Notes: generated from the letters alone by a model not told the origin. DNA of 40,464 nt from a virus (IMGVR_UViG_643348545_000008:1-40464); one strand, 5' to 3'; positions 8,863-16,693 are shown, counted from the first letter of the stretch. Numbers and translations: made by a program.

Positions 8863-8939
8863 CCGCCATTAGCTCATCGGGATAGAGCGCCAGCCTTCGA
8901 AGCTGGCTGCGCGGGGTTCGAGTCCTCGATGGCGGTCCA
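8863..8939 (+). tRNA. tRNA-Arg (anticodon TCG)
   Basis: 77-nt cloverleaf with CCGCCAT/ATGGCGG acceptor stem, anticodon loop CTTCGAA, TTCGAGT T-loop and encoded CCA. The discriminator base is unusual. Confidence 0.7.
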
Positions 8940-9217
8940 TTATCTGCATTATGCGTTGTTGGTTCTGATGAGTGAATCATTGTCTTTTGAGCAACAGGCT
9001 ATCATATAAGATAGCCTCAGACTTCCTTGTTTATTCTCGCCGGATGCTTCGTAGATATTTGCAGGCATCTGTATGCAGGGGTATTATTGCGGCATATATC
9101 ATCCGGAAAAATAAAAACTACATGCTGATCCGGAGATGATAGTTACAAGTCCTCCCGGATCCCGCATATTTACTATATTTTATAGATAATTGTTCTTGTT
9201 AATATGGAGATGGATAA

Positions 9218-9646
9218 ATGTATTGCCGTGCTGTACCAGTTCTTGTTTTGATATTAGCCAGTCTGACAACTGGCTGCACAAAAGATGTATCGACAAATAA
9301 TTATGATGCTTCTCTGTATCACTCAGATAAATTAATAAAGTCGCAAAATTTGAGCTCATCGGAACGTACCCCTGATGCCAGTGAAGAAATCAGGCAGTAT
9401 GCCATTCAGGTCAGGAAAGCCATAGAAGAACAGTTAAAGGATGCGAGTAAGTATTCAGGAAAAGAGTGTTCACTGAGAATGTATATGGCCCCGAATGGTC
9501 TTCTGCTACAGGTTAAAAGAGAAAGCGGTGATCCCGATTTATGTCGTGAAGCGATGAATGCAGTAAAGAATGCTGATATACCATCACCACCGTCTTCAGG
9601 AGTATATAAAGCATTTAGAAATGGCGTGCTGGATTTTAAACTCTGA
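9218..9646 (+). CDS. Lipoprotein with TolA C-terminal (domain III)-like domain (142 aa)
   Basis: Signal peptide with lipobox-like LTTGC. Residues 55-142 align by eye with E. coli TolA domain III (GKECSLRMYMAPNGLLLQVKRESGDPDLC...IPSPPSSGVYKAFRNGVLDFK versus GKTCTLRIKLAPDGMLLDIKPEGGDPALC...IPKPPSQAVYEVFKNAPLDFK). ggag RBS. Confidence 0.7.
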   Translation: MYCRAVPVLVLILASLTTGCTKDVSTNNYDASLYHSDKLIKSQNLSSSERTPDASEEIRQYAIQVRKAIEEQLKDASKYSGKECSLRMYMAPNGLLLQVKRESGDPDLCREAMNAVKNADIPSPPSSGVYKAFRNGVLDFKL

Positions 9647-10171
9647 CAGGGGGAGAAGATTTTCTCCTGTCCTGATGATTTTGGGGCGCTGGAAAGATAT
9701 TGTGCTGTGAAGTGTTAAATTCCTCACAATTCAGTAAGTTGACAGTTGCCTGTCAGACTGAGCATTTGTTAAAAAAATTTCGCATGGTGAATCCCCCTGT
9801 GCGGAGGGGCGACTGGTGAACGGTATGATCTCTTTGATGATCGTAAGCGAGAATATGCGGGTTTAGTGTCACCGGGCTGAACTCACCGGGAGGCACCCGG
9901 CACCATGCAATGGCACATAGCGCCACTCTCCAGCCCCTCTCCGGAGGGGCTTTCTTGTGGGCAAAAAAAAAGCCCGAGTGGGTTCGGGCAACAGCATGAG
10001 ATATACATTTTTATAATCGAATGGATTTTAACCAGAATTCATAAGGCTGCGCAACTGCGCGGCCTTTTTCGTATTGCGGGCTGTAGTCTTCCTCCTGCCA
10101 TTGTCCTGTAACTTCCGGACTTCAGCCCGCCCCTCATCTGACTCACAACATTATCCCGACCGGGAGGATTC

Positions 10172-12160
10172 ATGACATTTAAACACTACGATGTGGTCAG
10201 GGCGGCGTCGCCGTCAGACCTTGCGGAGCGACTGACACAAAAACTGAAGGAGGGGTGGCAGCCATTTGGCAGCCCTGTCGCCATCACGCCTTATACCCTG
10301 ATGCAGGCCATTGCGGCGGAAGGTGATGTCACCACACCTGTGGTGGTGAAGCCGTCGGATGGAGAAGGCACAGTTATCAGCACCACCAGCGAACCGGAGT
10401 ATTACTTTGTTGTTGTTCTGGCGGGGCAGTCAAACTCAATGTCTTTTGGTGAAGGGCTGCCGCTGCCGGAGACATATGACCGTCCGGACCCGCGTATTAA
10501 ACAGCTGGCGCGTCGCAGTACGGTGACGCCGGGTGGTGCCGCCTGTAAATATAACGACATCATTCCGGCAGACCACTGTCTGCATGATGTGCAGGATATG
10601 AGTAACCTGAATCATCCTGAAGCGGACCTTAATAAAGGGCAGTACGGTTGTGTGGGGCATGCTCTGCATGTTGGCAAAAAGCTGCTGCCGTTTATGCCTG
10701 CGAATGCGGGTATCCTTCTTGTTCCATGTGGCCGTGGCGATTCGGGATTTACTGCGGGGGCCGAGGGGGCGTTTAACGCAGCGTCGGGAGCGACCGCAGG
10801 CTCGTCCCTGTGGGGGGCGGATAAACCGCTGTATTATGACCTGGTCAGCAGAACCCGTGCGGCCCTGAAGAAAAATCCGAAGAACGTGCTGTTATCAGTG
10901 ATCTGGATGCAGGGAGAAAAAGATGTCAGTTCGGGGAGACATGCAGAACACAATGCGCTTTTCCTTGCCATGGTAAATCAGTTCCGTACGGAACTGGCAG
11001 ATGTGGCAGAGCAGTGTACTGGCGGGACAACGGCCAGCGTCCCGTGGATTTGCGGTGATACCACGTACTACTGGAAGGAAAGGTATGCAGCGCCGTATGA
11101 GGCGGTTTACGGTGGGTATAAAGGCAAAGCTGCGCAGAATATTCACTTTGTGCCGTTGATGACGGATGAGCATGGTGTGAATGTGCCGACAAACGAGCCG
11201 TCAGAAGATCCGGACATTATCCCGGCGGGATACTATGGCGCTGCGTCACGCACTGCCAGTAACTGGACGTCAGCCGATCGTAAAACGCACTTCAGTTCAT
11301 GGGCGCGAAGAGGCCTTGTTTCAGACCGCCTGGCAGGTGCCATTTTGCAGTACGCCGGGCGGACATTATCGTTCCTTACCGGGCAGAGCGCACCGCAGTC
11401 GGGTGGTACAACTCCCGGTGATGATGTCAGTCCGGGGGTACCGGGTGTTGAGAAACCGCAGGATGGCGGTGTTGCTGGTACTGGTCATGATGAGGCCGTG
11501 AGCAGTACCAGGACGGTGGCTGAATATGATGCGAACAGTGGAAATGGTGTATGGACAGAGCAGCAGTGGGGGGCTGCCGGTGGCAAAGGCACTGTGACTG
11601 ATGACGGTGGACGGAAAGCGCTGCGACTGGAAAAACAGCCCGGTAAACTGACGTCCTGGAAAATGTTCTGTACTGTTGCAGTGGAGGAGGCAAAAAATCT
11701 TCTCAGCAAGGGGGGTGAAATTGCCGTACGGTTCAAAATTCCGGACGGAAGCGAACTGGTGAACGGACAGTTTGTCTTTGGTCTCTACTGGCCGGTGTCG
11801 CAGTGGGCGTCAGGCGCGGCAGCAAACAGTATGCTGGCATCATTCTTCCTTCAGACGGATGCATCAAATCTGAATCTTATGCACCACAAGGGCACGTCGA
11901 ATGCACAACTGGGTACATTTGGTGCGTTTGACCATAACTGGCATACGGTTGTTTTCCGCTTTGCGGGAAATAACAGCGAAAGAGTCGTTCCGGTGATTGA
12001 TGGTACAGAGCAGACGGCGTTTGACCTTGTGATGTGGACAAATGATGGCTTTACAGCAGATACGCTGACGCTGACAGATATCACGGGGGCAAAAGCGACG
12101 TATCCGGTACTGCTTGATACGGTCACAGTCAAAGTTAACGAAAGCCGGGCATCATCATAA
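10172..12160 (+). CDS. nanS-p: Prophage sialate O-acetylesterase, NanS-p-like (DUF1737 N-terminus + SASA esterase domain, 662 aa)
   Basis: N-terminal MTFKHYDVV...GWQPFG module. VVLAGQSNSMSFGEG serine-esterase motif. gggagga RBS. Sits between the Q-tRNA region and the lysis genes, as nanS-p does in Stx-type prophages. Confidence 0.75.
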   Translation: MTFKHYDVVRAASPSDLAERLTQKLKEGWQPFGSPVAITPYTLMQAIAAEGDVTTPVVVKPSDGEGTVISTTSEPEYYFVVVLAGQSNSMSFGEGLPLPETYDRPDPRIKQLARRSTVTPGGAACKYNDIIPADHCLHDVQDMSNLNHPEADLNKGQYGCVGHALHVGKKLLPFMPANAGILLVPCGRGDSGFTAGAEGAFNAASGATAGSSLWGADKPLYYDLVSRTRAALKKNPKNVLLSVIWMQGEKDVSSGRHAEHNALFLAMVNQFRTELADVAEQCTGGTTASVPWICGDTTYYWKERYAAPYEAVYGGYKGKAAQNIHFVPLMTDEHGVNVPTNEPSEDPDIIPAGYYGAASRTASNWTSADRKTHFSSWARRGLVSDRLAGAILQYAGRTLSFLTGQSAPQSGGTTPGDDVSPGVPGVEKPQDGGVAGTGHDEAVSSTRTVAEYDANSGNGVWTEQQWGAAGGKGTVTDDGGRKALRLEKQPGKLTSWKMFCTVAVEEAKNLLSKGGEIAVRFKIPDGSELVNGQFVFGLYWPVSQWASGAAANSMLASFFLQTDASNLNLMHHKGTSNAQLGTFGAFDHNWHTVVFRFAGNNSERVVPVIDGTEQTAFDLVMWTNDGFTADTLTLTDITGAKATYPVLLDTVTVKVNESRASS

Positions 12161-12298
12161 CCGGCAAAAAAAGCCGCCAGCGGCAGGAACGGAAGCTGGC
12201 GGAGGTAATCCCAATGGAGAATGTAAAGAAAAGATGCTTTCGTATATCGGTTTTTAAATGAAAACAGTTCTCATTGTCAACCATAACGGTAAGAAACT

Positions 12299-12481
12299 AT
12301 GACATTTGTTCATCAGGTGATGCTGTACTTCTGTACGGCAGTCTGTGTTATGTATCTTCTTTCGGGTGGGTACAGGGCAGTGCGCGATTTCTGGCGCAGG
12401 CAGATTGATAAAAGGGCCGCAGAGAAAATCAGTGCCAGTCAGTCAGCCGGAAGCAAACCTGAAGATCCGCTCATTCCGTAG
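12299..12481 (+). CDS. Small membrane protein (60 aa), hypothetical
   Basis: ORF with an N-terminal hydrophobic helix. Weak RBS. Confidence 0.3.
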   Translation: MTFVHQVMLYFCTAVCVMYLLSGGYRAVRDFWRRQIDKRAAEKISASQSAGSKPEDPLIP

Positions 12482-12518
12482 TCACTTTCTTGACAACACC
12501 TTTCAACGAGAAAATCCT

Positions 12519-12809
12519 ATGTCAGAAATAAAATCGCTGGTCACTGCTGAGGCAGTGAAGGAAGTCCTGCGCTCTGAAGAAGTCCGGAGCGCACTGAAAC
12601 AGCAACTTCGGCAGAACCTTGAGGCGCGTCTTGATGCAGAAGTGGATGCCATTCTGGATGAATTGCTTGGTGCACAGCCGGAACCATCCCCGGAACTGCT
12701 TCCGGAACCACAGGCGGAAGATGTCACCACGGAAAATGGTGATATTCAGCCGGAGTCACCGGTGACGGATATGACAGACACACAACCCGAACCGGGCACA
12801 ATGCTGTAA
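12519..12809 (+). CDS. Acidic Pro/Glu-rich hypothetical protein (96 aa)
   Basis: Internal ATG of ORF 12345..12809. Followed by a hairpin plus T-run terminator around 12823..12853. Confidence 0.4.
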   Translation: MSEIKSLVTAEAVKEVLRSEEVRSALKQQLRQNLEARLDAEVDAILDELLGAQPEPSPELLPEPQAEDVTTENGDIQPESPVTDMTDTQPEPGTML

Positions 12810-12884
12810 CGGCGGGGCAGGGCCATCAGTAAAGAGCTGGTGGCCCTTTTGTTGTTGTGAGCTTCCGAGTACGGGAGACGGGGT

Positions 12885-13100
12885 ATGTACCAGATGGAAA
12901 AAATCACAACAGGTGTGTCATACACCACGTCAGCGGTGGGAACGGGCTACTGGTTCCTGCAGTTGCTGGACAGGGTTTCCCCGTCTCAGTGGGCGGCAAT
13001 AGGCGTGCTGGGGAGTCTGCTGTTTGGTCTGCTGACGTACCTGACGAACCTGTATTTCAAAATTAAAGAAGACCGGCGTAAGGCGGCCCGGGGAGAGTAA
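12885..13100 (+). CDS. Pinholin, phage 21 S-like (71 aa, dual-start M1/M4)
   Basis: [19 protein letters not shown]...[14 protein letters not shown]...[22 protein letters not shown] closely resembles S21. Two transmembrane segments and a charged C-terminus. Confidence 0.85.
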   Translation: MYQMEKITTGVSYTTSAVGTGYWFLQLLDRVSPSQWAAIGVLGSLLFGLLTYLTNLYFKIKEDRRKAARGE

Positions 13101-13104
13101 AGCG

Positions 13105-14094
13105 ATGAATAAAAAATATGAACTGGTTGTTAAAGGGATAAATCATTACCCGGATAAGATAACTGTTACTGTGGCACTGGAAATTGGTGGGTATCCGTCA
13201 CTGTTGTTGCCATATGTGGCGATTAGTCTTGACCGTACTGAAGGTGCCACGCTGGAGTTTTACGAAGCTGAGGCGAAAAAGCAGGCGAAGCAGTTTTTCA
13301 TGGATGTTGCTGCCGGGTTATGTGAAGGGAACGAACCGTTGCCGGAAAAGCGCCCCGTAATTTTAGAGGCGCAGGATGTGTTGATAACCTACAAAGGAAA
13401 GCTACCGGGAAGAATTACTGATGCTCTGAAGATGCCGCCGTCAACACTGCGGTCAGAAAAAGATGATGTTGAATCACGTATTGAAAAACTGGAGCGCTAT
13501 ATCGCTGAATTGAAAAAAAGCGCCCCAACAAAAAATGAGGTGCTTGCAGCAGATGAAATGAAAGAAGCTATTCTTGATCGCGCGGCGCATCTAAGCTGCG
13601 CTTCACGGTTGAAAGAGCATCTTCAGCGGCCTGAAGAAAAACGCCGCGATGAGCAGTTTGCTGCGTTTGACGATTATTGTCGGAAAGTGATGAGCAGAAA
13701 TCTCGCAGAGTGTTTCAGTATTCATAATGATAATTTCAGTGAGCTGGAATGGGAGTGTAACCGGCCATCCTTTGTTGTATCCGGTGATGCCGGGAAAATA
13801 ACCATCTCAGAAAATGGGAAAGTAACACCTCCATCGCACCAGCACAGTGAGGAGCTCATTGAATTTGCCATTGATTACCTGAAGAACAATAAAAAGCAGG
13901 GGCTGATGAAGCGCGTTGGCCGTTGCATGGGATATCTTCAGGTAGCCGCTGAGATTGAAGCGCTGGCCAGTGGTGCTGATAAGGATGCAATTGTGCGGGA
14001 GGCTCTTCTTCGTGATTTTAATACTCCACCCTTTAAAAAAGTGCCGGCTTACTGGCTTCATCCGGGGCTGACTTATCTTAAAGTGCGTATTTAG
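13105..14094 (+). CDS. Unrecognised soluble protein inserted between holin and endolysin (329 aa)
   Basis: Long ORF with clean start, in the same orientation as the lysis genes. More AT-rich than its neighbours. No transmembrane segment or known motif recognised. Confidence 0.6.
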   Translation: MNKKYELVVKGINHYPDKITVTVALEIGGYPSLLLPYVAISLDRTEGATLEFYEAEAKKQAKQFFMDVAAGLCEGNEPLPEKRPVILEAQDVLITYKGKLPGRITDALKMPPSTLRSEKDDVESRIEKLERYIAELKKSAPTKNEVLAADEMKEAILDRAAHLSCASRLKEHLQRPEEKRRDEQFAAFDDYCRKVMSRNLAECFSIHNDNFSELEWECNRPSFVVSGDAGKITISENGKVTPPSHQHSEELIEFAIDYLKNNKKQGLMKRVGRCMGYLQVAAEIEALASGADKDAIVREALLRDFNTPPFKKVPAYWLHPGLTYLKVRI

Positions 14095-14130
14095 TGGGCC
14101 AGGGACAGCGGCTGAATATTTAATATATCC

Positions 14131-14664
14131 ATGAACACCAAAATCAAATACGGCCTGTCGGCTGCCGTTCTGGCGCTGATTGCCGCTGGTGCGCCTGCGC
14201 CTGACATTCTCGACCAGTTTCTGGATGAAAAGGAAGGCAACCACACCACGGCATACCGTGATGGTGCAGGTATCTGGACCATCTGCCGTGGTGCCATCAT
14301 GGTGGATGGCAAACCTGTCGTTCCGGGCATGAAGTTGTCGAAGGAAAAATGCGACCAGGTTAACGCCATTGAGCGTGATAAAGCGCTGGCGTGGGTGGAG
14401 AAAAACATCAGAGTGCCGCTGACCGAACCCCAGAAAGCGGGGATCGCGTCATTCTGTCCGTACAACATTGGTCCCGGTAAGTGTTTCCCGTCGACGTTTT
14501 ACAGACGAATTAATGCTGGTGATCGAAAAGGTGCCTGCGAAGCGATTCGCTGGTGGATTAAGGACGGTGGCAGGGACTGCCGTATTCGCTCAAATAACTG
14601 TTACGGTCAGGTATCCCGGCGAGACCAGGAGAGCGCGCTGGCGTGCTGGGGAATCGACAGATAA
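14131..14664 (+). CDS. SAR endolysin (T4-lysozyme fold, R21/P1 Lyz-like, 177 aa)
   Basis: N-terminal signal-anchor-release helix (LSAAVLALIAAGAPA). Catalytic E-x8-D-x5-T arrangement (EGNHTTAYRDGAGIWTICRG). Confidence 0.85.
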   Translation: MNTKIKYGLSAAVLALIAAGAPAPDILDQFLDEKEGNHTTAYRDGAGIWTICRGAIMVDGKPVVPGMKLSKEKCDQVNAIERDKALAWVEKNIRVPLTEPQKAGIASFCPYNIGPGKCFPSTFYRRINAGDRKGACEAIRWWIKDGGRDCRIRSNNCYGQVSRRDQESALACWGIDR

Positions 14665-14858
14665 GCAGAATATTTTGCTAATAAATGACGTTGGCCAAGG
14701 CGGACGGATAACACGAAATCCTGCGAACTGGCAAAATGTAAGTGAATAAAAGTAAAAACCCCGTTTGTTGGCAGCAAGCGGGGTTTTGTTTTTATGGCAG
14801 TAAGCTATGGGAGGCTGCCTTGATTGATTTTAGCAAACTGATTAGGGAGTTGCGACTC

Positions 14859-14954
14859 ATGATTAGTCAATTACCAAACTGGAAATTTTTGCTGGTCTGG
14901 AGCATCCCTTTTTTATGGGTAGTATCCCAGTTAATTGTGGCAATTAAGGGGTAG
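14859..14954 (+). CDS. Small hydrophobic peptide (31 aa)
   Basis: gggag RBS 8 nt upstream. Single predicted transmembrane helix. First of four tandem small ORFs. Confidence 0.35.
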   Translation: MISQLPNWKFLLVWSIPFLWVVSQLIVAIKG

Positions 14955-14956
14955 CT

Positions 14957-15088
14957 ATGTCAGACAAACTCATAACGCCGGCAAAGGTCCTGTGTGTGAT
15001 TGTCGGTATTTCATTTTCACTAATGCTGGTTGCTCTTTTTCTGTCCCTCGCCTGGGTGATGTTGTCTTCGTCGGGGCTGCTGGGGTGA
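14957..15088 (+). CDS. Small hydrophobic peptide (43 aa)
   Basis: ATG 2 nt after the previous stop. aagggg RBS. Single transmembrane helix. Confidence 0.35.
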   Translation: MSDKLITPAKVLCVIVGISFSLMLVALFLSLAWVMLSSSGLLG

Positions 15089-15207
15089 CAGTGACTGATG
15101 ACATCAGCAGAGCGCTGGCTTTTGCTATTAAGTGGGTGGCTGTTGGTATTGCTGTGTCTCCGATGCTGTATGGGCTGGCAAAACTGGTCATTGCGCTGAA
15201 ATCGTGA
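15085..15207 (+). CDS. Small hydrophobic peptide (about 40 aa, GTG start)
   Basis: GTGA overlap with the previous stop. Sequence ALAFAIKWVAVGIAV is paralogous to the next peptide. Confidence 0.3.
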   Translation: MTVTDDISRALAFAIKWVAVGIAVSPMLYGLAKLVIALKS

Positions 15208-15218
15208 ACTTTAAAAAG

Positions 15219-15305
15219 ATGAGTGCTGAACTTATTCGGGCAATGGCATTTGCCATTCGTATTGTGGCCATTGCTGTTCTGGTCTGGGCAATTCGTTGGT
15301 GGTGA
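15219..15305 (+). CDS. Small hydrophobic peptide (28 aa)
   Basis: AMAFAIRIVAIAVLVW is paralogous to the preceding peptide. Its stop lies 1 nt before the Rz start. Confidence 0.3.
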   Translation: MSAELIRAMAFAIRIVAIAVLVWAIRWW

Positions 15306-15306
15306 T

Positions 15307-15801
15307 ATGAACCGTGTTCTGTGTGTGGTGATTATTGTCATGCTGGTAGCCTGTGGTGCGCTTAGTCTGGGGCTGAATCATTACCGTGATAACGCCATCA
15401 CCTACAAAGAGCAGCGCGATAAAAAAGTCAGTGAGCTGGAGCAGGCAAATGCAACCATTACTGATATGCAGCAGCGCCAGCGTGATGTTGCTGCACTTGA
15501 TGCCAGATACTCGAGGGAATTAGCCGATGCGAGAGCTGAAAATGAAACTCTGCGCGCTGACGTTGCCGCTGGTCGTAAGCGCCTGCGGGTCAACGCCACC
15601 TGCCCCGGTACCGTGCGTGAAGCCACCGGCACCTCCGGCGTGGATAATGCAACCGGCCCCCGACTGGCAGACACCGCTGAACGGGATTATTTCATCCTCA
15701 GAGAACGGTTGATGACAATGCAGAAGCAGCTGGAAGGGGCGCAGGACTATATCCGCACTCAGTGCACTAAGCTGGCTTTTTATTATCCGGAGGATACATG
15801 A
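15307..15801 (+). CDS. i-spanin Rz (164 aa)
   Basis: N-terminal transmembrane helix then a coiled-coil periplasmic domain. Contains an embedded +1-frame lipoprotein gene. Confidence 0.8.
   Translation: MNRVLCVVIIVMLVACGALSLGLNHYRDNAITYKEQRDKKVSELEQANATITDMQQRQRDVAALDARYSRELADARAENETLRADVAAGRKRLRVNATCPGTVREATGTSGVDNATGPRLADTAERDYFILRERLMTMQKQLEGAQDYIRTQCTKLAFYYPEDT
15542..15712 (+). CDS. o-spanin Rz1, embedded in Rz in the +1 frame (56 aa)
   Basis: MKLCALTLPLVVSACGS signal peptide and lipobox, followed by proline-rich sequence. Entirely inside Rz. Confidence 0.7.
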   Translation: MKLCALTLPLVVSACGSTPPAPVPCVKPPAPPAWIMQPAPDWQTPLNGIISSSENG

Positions 15802-16022
15802 AGAAATTACGGGTAACCGTAGAACCTTTTCAGGGAACAATTCCGTTCCGTATTTTGCAGCGTGGTCGTGTTCTTGTTGAAGGTTCGTTCAGTGGTAAAT
15901 GTACGCAATTACACTCCCGGACCTTTCAGGTGAATGCCACGAATGAAGAGCTAACCGTGGAGTGTACGATGAATGCCGCTAAATGCCGCATGGTATCCGC
16001 TGCATTACAGCCAGTGTGTTGA
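15798..16022 (+). CDS. Hypothetical protein (74 aa), translationally coupled to Rz
   Basis: ATGA overlap with the Rz stop. No family recognised. Confidence 0.35.
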   Translation: MKKLRVTVEPFQGTIPFRILQRGRVLVEGSFSGKCTQLHSRTFQVNATNEELTVECTMNAAKCRMVSAALQPVC

Positions 16023-16360
16023 GCGACCTTATTATCCATGCGCGGTATTGTCGCCGTATTCCTGCATTAACAGAGACCGCAGCCCGACAGGGAGACTCCT
16101 CTGCGAGAGTGTGCGGGGATAATCAAAAACGATACACACCGGGGTTTACCGCGTTAACGGAGCGCGGCGTTGTCCCCTCATGGTCGCTGGTCCGGTGCGA
16201 TGGTGGAAGAAACCGGACGATGTGTTACCTCGCAAGCTCTGTTATGTCATGTGTCTGATTTGTGATTTAAGTCGGATAATTGTCGTTGCCATTAAACAGA
16301 GGATTGATGACCGACAGGGTGGCATTGTTAGAATAAGACTTATTCTTATCTGTGCCGGGA

Positions 16361-16693
16361 ATGAAAATGAAAAGAAATCTTCCGTTAATTATTTTGTTGT
16401 CTTCTCTGGTTATGGGCTGTACGCAACATAAAACAGATATGCCCCGACAGTTGGTTAAGGCATTACCACAATATCCGGCCTATGCAGCGGCAAATTATAT
16501 AAAGGGACGGGTTGATGTGAAGTTTGATATTGGTGCTGATGGTACTGTCACCCGAATTGAGTTTATCCGTTCAGAGCCGCACCATTTGTTTGATGAGCAG
16601 GTTGTAAAGGCGATGGCAAAATGGCGATTTGAGAAGGACAGGCCGTGTAAAGGCGTGAAGAAAACGTTTATCTTTAGTCCTTCTGCACCCTGA
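16361..16693 (+). CDS. Lipoprotein with TonB C-terminal-like domain (about 110 aa)
   Basis: Signal peptide with lipobox-like LVMGC. PQYPAYAAANYIKGRVDVKFDIGADGTV...FDEQVVKAMAKWRFE aligns with the TonB C-terminal domain ([28 protein letters not shown]...FEREVKNAMRRWRYE). Confidence 0.7.
   Translation: MKMKRNLPLIILLSSLVMGCTQHKTDMPRQLVKALPQYPAYAAANYIKGRVDVKFDIGADGTVTRIEFIRSEPHHLFDEQVVKAMAKWRFEKDRPCKGVKKTFIFSPSAP

Noticed and set aside
8778-8939. Amber-suppressor tRNA that could read through the methyltransferase TAG
   Set aside because: The anticodons read from the cloverleafs are CAT and TCG, not CTA.
9905-10111. 68-aa plus-strand ORF in the intergenic region upstream of the esterase gene
   Set aside because: No RBS; it spans several GC hairpins and has a low-complexity composition. 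More likely non-coding structured RNA or DNA.
8941-10171. Shiga toxin genes stxA/stxB between the tRNAs and the esterase gene
   Set aside because: The only convincing ORF in the interval is the 142-aa TolA-domain lipoprotein. There is no roughly 319-aa A-subunit or 89-aa B-subunit ORF.
12172-12202. Hairpin after the esterase gene as a terminator
   Set aside because: The inverted repeat gccagc/gctggc has no following T-tract; noted as structure only.
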